41,641 nt of DNA from a virus (Duplodnaviria; Caudoviricetes): the IMG/VR virus record IMGVR_UViG_3300031953_000043, positions 1 through 41,641 of that record; one strand, written 5' to 3'. A program made the translations under genes and the position numbers. Each line of letters opens with the position of its first letter. Positions within the stretch are counted from its first letter, which is position 1. The notes beneath the pieces are model-generated. The model was given only the letters and a program-made list of their open reading frames with translations. It was not told where the DNA came from and made no database searches. Below, one piece after another: positions 15,745 to 23,341 of this stretch.

Positions 15745-16257
15745 ATGGCCGTGAAACAAGGGGTTCAGGGGATGAAAACACAAAGGGAGGAGCTACTCAA
15801 TTGGTTGGTTGAGTTCCTAAACAAAAAAATCGGATCATATTATGACGCCAGGGGGTTGTTTGAACAAAAGTTGAAAATACAAGACCGCGCGTTACTTGAT
15901 TCCATACTGGAGGAGCTCATCCAATATGAATGGATCAAAACAGGAGAAGACAAGTATATGGTCTCCCTGAGCTATAAGGGGAGGGAATTGCTTGAGAAGC
16001 ACGGCAGTTATTCGGGGTTTTCTAACTCCCAGCGATGGAGGAAAAGGATCATTACGTGTAAAAATACATTAACTGCCTGGAGTACAATCATAACGACAAT
16101 AAGTACAGTGGGTATGTTCATTTTTGCGGGTTTAGCTTATAAAAGTGACAATGAAAATGATCGTTTAGAGAAAATAAATAATGAATTAAAACAAAAAATT
16201 GATTCTTTAAGCAGGAAGGAAGTGCCAAAAACGATTAAGGTTCCTCCCAAAAAATAA
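15745..16257 (+). CDS. Membrane-anchored hypothetical protein with wHTH-like N-terminus
   Basis: LDSILEELIQYEWI...LSYKGRELL, one TM helix, coiled-coil tail; start uncertain (15745 or 15772). Confidence 0.7.
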   Translation: MAVKQGVQGMKTQREELLNWLVEFLNKKIGSYYDARGLFEQKLKIQDRALLDSILEELIQYEWIKTGEDKYMVSLSYKGRELLEKHGSYSGFSNSQRWRKRIITCKNTLTAWSTIITTISTVGMFIFAGLAYKSDNENDRLEKINNELKQKIDSLSRKEVPKTIKVPPKK

Positions 16258-16280
16258 ATATACAAACAAATGCCAACATC

Positions 16281-16766
16281 GTGAAAAACAGTCAAGAAAT
16301 TTTATCTGAATTATTAGCCTATCTTAAAATAAGCGCTAACAAATTGGCATCTGAAATTGGCTTAAAAGCGAACACAAGTATTTATTATGTGAAAAACGGT
16401 AGAAATAATATCAGTCCTGATCTTGCAAAAAAAATTACAAACCGATATCCTAAAATTAACTACAATTGGTTATTAACCGGGGAAGGGGAGGTGCTGAAGA
16501 GTGAATATGCGCAGGAAGAGGAAAAACATGATTCCCCGAATGTTGAAGATGAAAAGATTACAGTTAAGGAATTTCACGATAGTATAAAAAGAGATCTAAA
16601 AGCATTAAGTGAAGGAATGACCCACAACTTTGAAGTGGTTAGCAACGGTTTAATTACCTCGCTCCAGGGCCAGCGTAAAATCCTTGATTTCATAGAAAAA
16701 TTAAATGCAGAAGAGATCTCCAAAGCAACTTCAAAGCTCGATGAGCTTTTGAAAGAGCGTAAATAA
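16281..16766 (+). CDS. CI-like XRE-family repressor
   Basis: ISANKLASEIG...IYYVKNGRNNIS...INYNWLLTGEGEVL; no S24 peptidase domain visible. Confidence 0.85.
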   Translation: MKNSQEILSELLAYLKISANKLASEIGLKANTSIYYVKNGRNNISPDLAKKITNRYPKINYNWLLTGEGEVLKSEYAQEEEKHDSPNVEDEKITVKEFHDSIKRDLKALSEGMTHNFEVVSNGLITSLQGQRKILDFIEKLNAEEISKATSKLDELLKERK

Positions 16767-16819
16767 AAAAACAGCTATCCCTATATAGCTTTAAAAAAGT
16801 AACTAATTAAATATTTGAT

Positions 16820-17305
16820 ATGAGGGTAATTAAAATTTTAGCTTACCTATTCATTGGCTTTATCGGGATTTTTGTTATAGCGGCGGTATTTGGAGGTAAT
16901 GATAGGGAAGAGAAACAGTTGGCTATGGAGAAAAAGCATTGTGCTCTAATCTGGGAAACAATGTCTCCGGAAGAAAAAGAACTTGCCCTGAATGAGTTCA
17001 TAGAGGAATCCGGTTCTCCGAGCAAAAGCAATATTCCCTTAGAATTTGTTGTGGTAGACCTTCTAAAAGGAAATGTGAAATATCCAGAAACCATTATTGT
17101 TGACGAAAAAAAGCTTGATTCGTATATATACATGAGCCCTTCCACAGGGTCCATCGCGAATGTTGATGAAGGATTAATCAATTATTACAAAGCTTTTACC
17201 GCAAAAAACAAGCTTAACATGGATGTTAGAATGAGAATGGATCTTCAGTTAAAATACACCGGAGGCTGCAAAGGTTTTAAACTTGTTTCCTTTAATGTTG
17301 AGTAA
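16820..17305 (+). CDS. N-terminally membrane-anchored hypothetical protein
   Basis: TM helix followed by an LKGNVKYPET...FTAKNKLN periplasmic-type domain. Confidence 0.75.
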   Translation: MRVIKILAYLFIGFIGIFVIAAVFGGNDREEKQLAMEKKHCALIWETMSPEEKELALNEFIEESGSPSKSNIPLEFVVVDLLKGNVKYPETIIVDEKKLDSYIYMSPSTGSIANVDEGLINYYKAFTAKNKLNMDVRMRMDLQLKYTGGCKGFKLVSFNVE

Positions 17306-17321
17306 TTTGAAAAAAGAACGG

Positions 17322-17450
17322 TTACCCGTCCTCAAAATATTCCTCGATTCTACATTGCTCCTCCGGGGAATACTTTTTTCTGTTTTTAATGAAGTCTAGG
17401 TAAAGTTCCAGGCGTTCAATAGCGCTTAGCCTGGTTAACTGGTCAATCAT
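17322..17450 (-). CDS. Small hypothetical protein (42 aa)
   Basis: Read by hand: MIDQLTRLSAIERLELYLDFIKNRKKYSPEEQCRIEEYFEDG. Confidence 0.45.
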   Translation of the reverse strand: MIDQLTRLSAIERLELYLDFIKNRKKYSPEEQCRIEEYFEDG

Positions 17451-17536
17451 AATAGGTTGGGTTCAAATTAGTGTATTGAACAGCGTAGGGACTGAACCTG
17501 TTAAAAATAGAATACTAATAACTAAATAAATAAATA

Positions 17537-18028
17537 ATGGGCATGAGACGTTTTATGAGTAATCCTAAAAAAAGAAATAATAATAATTTAAGAGAGGATC
17601 TTGAAAAGTTATTATCCATTGATTTCGGAAATCTTTCCGGTTTTTCAAATAAACCGAAAAAAGCATCAAATGAAAAAACTGAGGAGGGTTTTGTAGATTA
17701 CCAAAAGAACCTTAATCCTGGAGAAAATGAAATATTTGATACCATCACAGTTTCAACTCATGAAGATCAGCCGTGGGTTTACAGCTTTTCAAGTAAAAAA
17801 GGAAAGAATATAAATACTTCAGATCTTGAAGTTTTCACGAATAAACTGGTAGATATAAACGGAACCGACGATTCGGGAAAAGATTCAATAGAGCCTTCAG
17901 AAATTGAGGATATCCAAGGCAAAACGGAGTGGGCTGGCAGAAACTGGACAAATCGAGAGTCATATCCTTTATCTATTTCGGAAACCAATAAAAATATATT
18001 AGTTCTCCAGGTAGAGTTTACTGGTTAG
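17537..18028 (+). CDS. Hypothetical protein
   Basis: ORF track; A-rich start context. Confidence 0.7.
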   Translation: MGMRRFMSNPKKRNNNNLREDLEKLLSIDFGNLSGFSNKPKKASNEKTEEGFVDYQKNLNPGENEIFDTITVSTHEDQPWVYSFSSKKGKNINTSDLEVFTNKLVDINGTDDSGKDSIEPSEIEDIQGKTEWAGRNWTNRESYPLSISETNKNILVLQVEFTG

Positions 18029-18048
18029 GGGTCTACTGCGGGGCCTAG
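18028..18048 (+). repeat. Putative integrase arm-type sites (left pair)
   Basis: GGGGTCTA-CTGC-GGGGCCTAG. Confidence 0.6.
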
Positions 18049-18129
18049 AATTTTTTAAAGTTTTGGATTTGAATTTTTTTAATTAACTAAAAATCAATAG
18101 GATAAATTATTAAATGTGGTTGGAGTAGT

Positions 18130-18184
18130 ACTTAAAATCCAATGATCAGCAACGGTCGTGCGGGTTCAAGTCCCGCTCCGAGTA
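18130..18184 (+). other. attP core: 3' part of tRNA-Leu(TAA)
   Basis: ACTTAAAATCCA, long variable arm ATGATCAGCAACGGTCGT, T arm GCGGGTTCAAGTCCCGC, acceptor 3' strand TCCGAGTA; the 5' half is absent; adjacent to the integrase. Confidence 0.85.
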
Positions 18185-18188
18185 CTTT

Positions 18189-18222
18189 AAAACCCCTATT
18201 AACACAGGGGTTTTCTTGTTTT
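18189..18222 (+). terminator. Terminator following the tRNA fragment
   Basis: AAAACCCCT-ATTAACAC-AGGGGTTTT followed by a T-rich tract. Confidence 0.75.
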
Positions 18223-18240
18223 TTATCCTCTCTCATTGCT

Positions 18241-19533
18241 ATGAAGATCGAGGTAATTTTAACAAAAGGGCCTACAGAGGGGCCTAGTTCTTACAAAGTA
18301 ATTTTGAAGAAAAGACTGTATTCTGATCCCAAACTTCACATCCCGAAAAATAACGGGAAGCCTGTTATTGATAAAGATCGGCCTTGGTATGTTTATTTCT
18401 ATTGGAGAAGCACCGGTGATAAACTGGATAAGAAATTCCGGTACAAAAAAGGGATCAATTCATTCAAGACTGTCAAAGAAAGGAAGGAAATAGGGAAAGC
18501 GCTCGTTAAGGGATACCAGGAAGCACTTGATAGGGGATGGAGTCCAGAAACAAAATCAGTTCCAAAGAAGCGAAGCTCGAGATCTGATTTTATGACGGTT
18601 GAAAAGGCGCTGAAATACGCTATGCAGATCAAGAAATCCGGAAGTAAAAAGCTACCAACGCTCACCGGCTATGAATTTCACATGAACCGGTTCCTGGATT
18701 GGTGCAAAAGTCAGGGCTATCTTGGAATCGATATAAAAGAATTCACCGTTGATCAGTTTTATGAATTTCACGACTGGTTAAGATTTGATTACCTGGTGGA
18801 GGCCACAAAGGAACCTTTGACCGGGACTTCCATAAATAATCACAAAAGAAGCCTCTCTGCGCTGTTTACCACACTCAAAAATGAAAGGCTTGTCCCGGTA
18901 AATTTCATCCGGGACATTCCCATGGTGGACCAGGAACCAGTGAACAATAAAGCTTTTACAGCTGAAGATCTGGTTAAACTTAAGGCTGAAATGGAGAAGA
19001 GTGATCCTCATTTAATCCCATTTTTTAGCTTTATACTTTATCCGTTATTGCGACCTGTGGAAATTTGCCGACTCAAAATAAACTCCTTCAATACCGATAA
19101 ATGGTTATTCTCTGTGCAAACAAAAACAGAGGTTTTAAGCCATAAAAGGATCATCGAAAAAATAAAACCTGTTCTGGAGACAATGGAAATCGAGAAATAT
19201 CCGGGAAGTTTTCACCTGTTCACCAACAAAAACCAACCTGCAGACTGGGATGTTCCAGAAAAAAGCAAGGTGGACCACTTTGGAAAACGCTTCAAGAAAA
19301 TTAAGGATGCGCTTGGTTATGGCCGCGAATATGGATTATACTCTGGACGGCATACGGCAATTATGGATCTTTACAATGCCAAGCTTGGCGATGGAATGGG
19401 AGAAATGGAGATCATGTTGAGCCTGATGCCGCACACTGGACACAAATCTATTTCCGGGATCAAAAATTATCTTCGAAAACACAAACAATCTATCCCTGCG
19501 GATCACTCCCATATTTATACGATAAACTTCTAG
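18241..19533 (+). CDS. int: Phage tyrosine integrase
   Basis: Catalytic pattern LRPVEI, K, YSGRHT, TGH, NY; N-terminal WYVYF arm-binding and SAM-like domains; start 18241 or TTG 18304. Confidence 0.93.
   Translation: MKIEVILTKGPTEGPSSYKVILKKRLYSDPKLHIPKNNGKPVIDKDRPWYVYFYWRSTGDKLDKKFRYKKGINSFKTVKERKEIGKALVKGYQEALDRGWSPETKSVPKKRSSRSDFMTVEKALKYAMQIKKSGSKKLPTLTGYEFHMNRFLDWCKSQGYLGIDIKEFTVDQFYEFHDWLRFDYLVEATKEPLTGTSINNHKRSLSALFTTLKNERLVPVNFIRDIPMVDQEPVNNKAFTAEDLVKLKAEMEKSDPHLIPFFSFILYPLLRPVEICRLKINSFNTDKWLFSVQTKTEVLSHKRIIEKIKPVLETMEIEKYPGSFHLFTNKNQPADWDVPEKSKVDHFGKRFKKIKDALGYGREYGLYSGRHTAIMDLYNAKLGDGMGEMEIMLSLMPHTGHKSISGIKNYLRKHKQSIPADHSHIYTINF
18267..18287 (+). repeat. Putative integrase arm-type sites (right pair)
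   Basis: AGGGCCTA-CAGA-GGGGCCTAG, same 12-bp period as the left pair. Confidence 0.6.
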
Positions 19534-19536
19534 CCT

Positions 19537-20586
19537 TTGAAAAATAAAATTACAATAATTAAAAATATAGCTGAGAGAAAGGCTAGAAGAAAAATCAAAA
19601 GAAACAAAGCTTTCCGAAGGAGACGCAGTGTTCACAGAAAGACAGGCAATAAAAGCAAGTTGCTAGACAATTTTTACGATTTTGAAAAAAATGTAATACT
19701 GAAAAAGCCTTGTGAAGAGTTCACTCTTCTTGATAACACAGAGGAAGTTATAAGCTACCTTCAAGAACTGAAGTCGTACAAAAGTAAATCTTCAGACGTA
19801 GATAAAATCATTGTGGATTTGCGAGGAATAAAAAAAATAGACATTGGCGCAATATGTATTTTGTTATCCGTTGTAGAAGAGTTGTCCCTAAGTAATATAG
19901 AAATTGAAGGCAATTTTCCCGAAGATGAAGCTTGTAAAAAGATTTTTAAAGAATCGGGTTTTTTGGCTCACATGAAAAATTTAACAGGAAATAAATTTGC
20001 TCCACCGGAAAATAAGAACTTAATAATTAAACAGGGTCGAGGAACTACCAAGAACAGAGAAATTGGAATTGCCGTAAAAGAAGCCATGGAAAAAATAACT
20101 GGAACCCCTTCACATTATCATCCAGTATATAGCATTATACAAGAAATTAATGGGAATGCTGTTGAGCACGCCTATAGTGAAAATGAGCATTGGTTATTTG
20201 CGTTTAATTATAATCCGGTGACTAATAGAGTAATTTTTACATTCGCTGATAATGGTTATGGCATTTTAAAAACTTTAAAAAAGAAGTTTAGTCAACAAAT
20301 AGCGGATGAGTTCAAAAACCGTTCAGATTCTGAAATCTTATTAAGGGCTTTTAATAAAAAATACAGTTCCAGGCATGTTGACCAAGGCAACAGAAATAAA
20401 GGCCTACCTCTTTTAAATAAGATACAGCGCCAAAAAGAAGTTAAAAATTTAATTGTAATTACAAATAAAGTATCTTTGCACCTAGAGAAAGGCTCTGTTA
20501 GAGATCTGAATTCTTACTTCAGTGGAACTTTTTATTATTGGGAATTAGATGCAGAGTGTATTGAAAATGGCAGAAAAAGTAACTAA
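19537..20586 (+). CDS. STAS-like domain fused to GHKL/HATPase (anti-sigma kinase-like) protein
   Basis: IIVDLRGIKKIDIGAI (STAS); QEINGNAVEHA (N box), DNGYGI (G1), RNKGL (G2). Confidence 0.8.
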   Translation: MKNKITIIKNIAERKARRKIKRNKAFRRRRSVHRKTGNKSKLLDNFYDFEKNVILKKPCEEFTLLDNTEEVISYLQELKSYKSKSSDVDKIIVDLRGIKKIDIGAICILLSVVEELSLSNIEIEGNFPEDEACKKIFKESGFLAHMKNLTGNKFAPPENKNLIIKQGRGTTKNREIGIAVKEAMEKITGTPSHYHPVYSIIQEINGNAVEHAYSENEHWLFAFNYNPVTNRVIFTFADNGYGILKTLKKKFSQQIADEFKNRSDSEILLRAFNKKYSSRHVDQGNRNKGLPLLNKIQRQKEVKNLIVITNKVSLHLEKGSVRDLNSYFSGTFYYWELDAECIENGRKSN

Positions 20587-20968
20587 ATACAGTGTTCTTG
20601 AGTTTACAGAATATCCCGGTCCGAGATATCAAACGCAAGGAACGCATTCAGGTGAAGAATTTTTTCAAGAAGTGTTAAAGCCGCTTTTTGAGAAATTGCT
20701 TTTGGAAGAAAAGAAGGATCCTGAAAATGATTATTTCCTAGAAGTTAATCTAGATAGTACTGCAGGATATGCCTCCTCCTTTTTAGATGAAGCTTTTGGT
20801 AATCTTGCTTATGAATTTTCTCAAGAAGTAGTAATTCCTCGATTGAGAATTATTTCAAATGAGGAGCCTGATTGGGTATCTGTGATTAAGAATGAAACTG
20901 TTGCTGAATGGGAGCAGAAACGGGTAAATGGAATACCTCGAAAACCACATTTTGAAAAAAGAAAATAA
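20567..20968 (+). CDS. STAS-like (DUF4325-type) protein
   Basis: PGPRY...SGEEF...VNLDSTAGYASSFLDEAFG motif; ATG at 20567 overlaps the upstream gene. Confidence 0.8.
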   Translation: MAEKVTKYSVLEFTEYPGPRYQTQGTHSGEEFFQEVLKPLFEKLLLEEKKDPENDYFLEVNLDSTAGYASSFLDEAFGNLAYEFSQEVVIPRLRIISNEEPDWVSVIKNETVAEWEQKRVNGIPRKPHFEKRK

Positions 20969-21527
20969 GTTTATAAACATATATACAATTGTTTCTTTTA
21001 TTGGAGGTTTTCTACTCTTCCTACTTTTTTACTCTCTAATTAAGCTTTTTGAAGATTTTAGTGCCACTAATACAATCGAGGTAATATCTATATTAGTCAA
21101 TCTCGGTTTTGGGGTAATCATATTTTTTCTTGTTGAGAAGAAAATTGGTGATGATCGAGCTGTAAAAGATCTTTTCATTCAGGATGTAAAAGACATAAAA
21201 TCCAACTATAAGGCTTTTCTAATAAAATTGAATCACGGTTCATGTAATTCTAAAGAAATTAACAAGTGGTTCAAACTAATGAGTATTAATATTCAACAGT
21301 TTGAGTATTTTGTTTCCAAGGAATTTGGAATTGAGAAGGATAAATTAAAACTTCAAGAATTTAATCGAAAAATGCAGAAGTCTATAACGGGGAGTCCAGA
21401 ATTTAATGAAAATTTTAATAATCCTGTAATAGAATTTGAAATCGTTACAACTTTACAAATTATAGAGTTAAATAAGGAGTTTAAGCACGCTCTAACGGAT
21501 GTTACGGTAAAAATTACCAGAGCGTAG
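20928..21527 (+). CDS. Two-TM membrane protein with helical C-terminal domain
   Basis: Two N-terminal hydrophobic helices; overlaps the STAS gene. Confidence 0.75.
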   Translation: MEYLENHILKKENKFINIYTIVSFIGGFLLFLLFYSLIKLFEDFSATNTIEVISILVNLGFGVIIFFLVEKKIGDDRAVKDLFIQDVKDIKSNYKAFLIKLNHGSCNSKEINKWFKLMSINIQQFEYFVSKEFGIEKDKLKLQEFNRKMQKSITGSPEFNENFNNPVIEFEIVTTLQIIELNKEFKHALTDVTVKITRA

Positions 21528-21556
21528 CCTAACATCCTATTTTTATCTCCTCAAGA

Positions 21557-23341
21557 TTAAAACGTCTCACTTTCCACACTTACCTTCATCGTTTTTTCAC
21601 TTAAAAACTTCCTTTGTAATTTCTTGAGCACGTGCAGCTCGGTGTATTTGTAGCTTAATTCCTCTATGGAAATGCGTTCATAGACCGAACATTCAAAGGT
21701 TTCTTTGAAGCTTTTGGAATGCACGCGGTAATTTAACCACAACTCCCAAAAGGATAAAAATACATTTTGCAGGAATAACTGCCGGATGAGGGTTGGAGAA
21801 CACAAAGGTTTTCCGTTCACCAGACCGTCATATACGCAAAAATCTATGGCCGATCTGTTTTCGGGCAAAACGGCGGTTAAAATATTTAGGTTTTGTTCCA
21901 CAATTGCCGGCTGCACGTCCATTTCTATAGTGATGATCTCATCGCCTTCTTCTTCCAGTTCAGAATATATCTGTCCGTTGTCGTTGTAAAATATGCGCTC
22001 GCCATTGGCATAGGAAAGCTTGTAGAATCTGTTGGAATTGTGTTTTTTATTGGGCTGCGGAATTTCGAGGTGGGAATGATCCTCCCTTTGCTTCAGCAAA
22101 ATGGAATCCTGGGTAAAATCTATGTTCACAATGGAATCGCCAATATTAAAATCCAAATTGAGCCAGTTCTTTACTTCATTCACAAACTCGCCAAAATCCA
22201 TATCCGGCATAAAATTCGCCAGGGAAAAATACGTTGGGAATTCATTGAGCCTTCCATCATTAAATAAAAATTCAAACTGGTTGAATGGCGCAATGCTTTC
22301 GGGTTGCCAGTTCAGGGTAAGTTCTATCTTGATGGTGTCAAACGTGGTTTCTGGGGTGATGTTTATTTTTAATTCGTGCTCTATTTTTACCCGGTTGTTT
22401 TCAGATTTAGCCGAATACAAGGTTGTTTCGGCTAAAGTTCCGGCGTCTATCTGCAAAACTTTCAGCTCAAAAAACTGCGCGGTAACGGGATCCAGGTTCA
22501 GGTTGAATTTCAGGTCATAAGTGCCTTCAAATTCCGCAGTAAATTGGCGCCTGTAGATGGCAACATTCCGCATATTGCTGCGAATTACTTCATCCGGAAT
22601 CGCAAAAGAGAAACTTTGAAACTGAGATCCTTTAAAGCGTTCCAAATAGGTGTCTGGCATAAACAGCACTTTCCGAAGCAGGGCATTATCCACCGCAGGA
22701 CCGCCTATGGTTTTTCCTTCCAGGGAGAAGCCGAACCTTAGTATTTCCAAGAGATAAGGAAAGGGCGTCATCACGTTGTAGTTCCTGTAAAAGATATCTG
22801 GAGTGACTTCCTGCGTAACATTTTCGACAAACTGTGTGCCGGTGTAATTGTTCATGAATCCTAGAAAATCCTCGTAATCATCGCCATCTGCAATTTTTGG
22901 GGCGTACACCATTGGAAAATTAAAGGGGGTGGCCGGCCATTCTTTGGTGATCACGGTTTTTGCGTAAGCGCGCAAATCGGGAGAGAGCACCACCGGCCAT
23001 GGTAATTCTTTCAGCTTGAGATCGTACACGCCAAGCTCCTCATCTCCATAGGAAATCTGGCACTCGATGGTGCTGCCTTCAATTTCACCTAAAAACAGGG
23101 TTGCAGGATAATACCGGTCCGGTAGGATCAATTTCCCACGCACCTTGGTTTCCACGTTCGTAATGTTGTCCAGGAAAGGCAAACCTAGTTTCCCGGCAAG
23201 GTCATCATCTGTATTTATAGAAAAAGGCAGGGAAAAACTCTTGTTAATACTGTCTGAAAAAAGGTTGCTTTCCTCATTAAGCGACACGCCATACGCAGAA
23301 AGGTCTATTTCTATGTTCTTTTCGGTTTTGAATAGGATCAT
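21557..23341 (-). CDS. Minor tail / tail-tip protein
   Basis: 594 aa, last gene of the tail operon; N-terminal EESNLF...SFSLPF pattern typical of Bacteroidetes phage tail proteins. Confidence 0.7.
   Translation of the reverse strand: MILFKTEKNIEIDLSAYGVSLNEESNLFSDSINKSFSLPFSINTDDDLAGKLGLPFLDNITNVETKVRGKLILPDRYYPATLFLGEIEGSTIECQISYGDEELGVYDLKLKELPWPVVLSPDLRAYAKTVITKEWPATPFNFPMVYAPKIADGDDYEDFLGFMNNYTGTQFVENVTQEVTPDIFYRNYNVMTPFPYLLEILRFGFSLEGKTIGGPAVDNALLRKVLFMPDTYLERFKGSQFQSFSFAIPDEVIRSNMRNVAIYRRQFTAEFEGTYDLKFNLNLDPVTAQFFELKVLQIDAGTLAETTLYSAKSENNRVKIEHELKINITPETTFDTIKIELTLNWQPESIAPFNQFEFLFNDGRLNEFPTYFSLANFMPDMDFGEFVNEVKNWLNLDFNIGDSIVNIDFTQDSILLKQREDHSHLEIPQPNKKHNSNRFYKLSYANGERIFYNDNGQIYSELEEEGDEIITIEMDVQPAIVEQNLNILTAVLPENRSAIDFCVYDGLVNGKPLCSPTLIRQLFLQNVFLSFWELWLNYRVHSKSFKETFECSVYERISIEELSYKYTELHVLKKLQRKFLSEKTMKVSVESETF

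Noticed and set aside
18121-18184. Complete tRNA-Leu gene
   Set aside because: No acceptor 5' strand or D arm upstream of the anticodon loop; it is an att core.
18142-18240. N-terminal extension of the integrase in the ORF track
   Set aside because: It runs through the tRNA fragment and terminator; the real start is likely 18241 or 18304.
18241-19533. Integrase as an integron integrase (IntI) serving the cassette array
   Set aside because: It has an arm-binding N-terminus, an adjacent tRNA-type attP and no recognisable IntI-specific insertion, and it is 8 kb from the array. Activity on the sites is not formally excluded.
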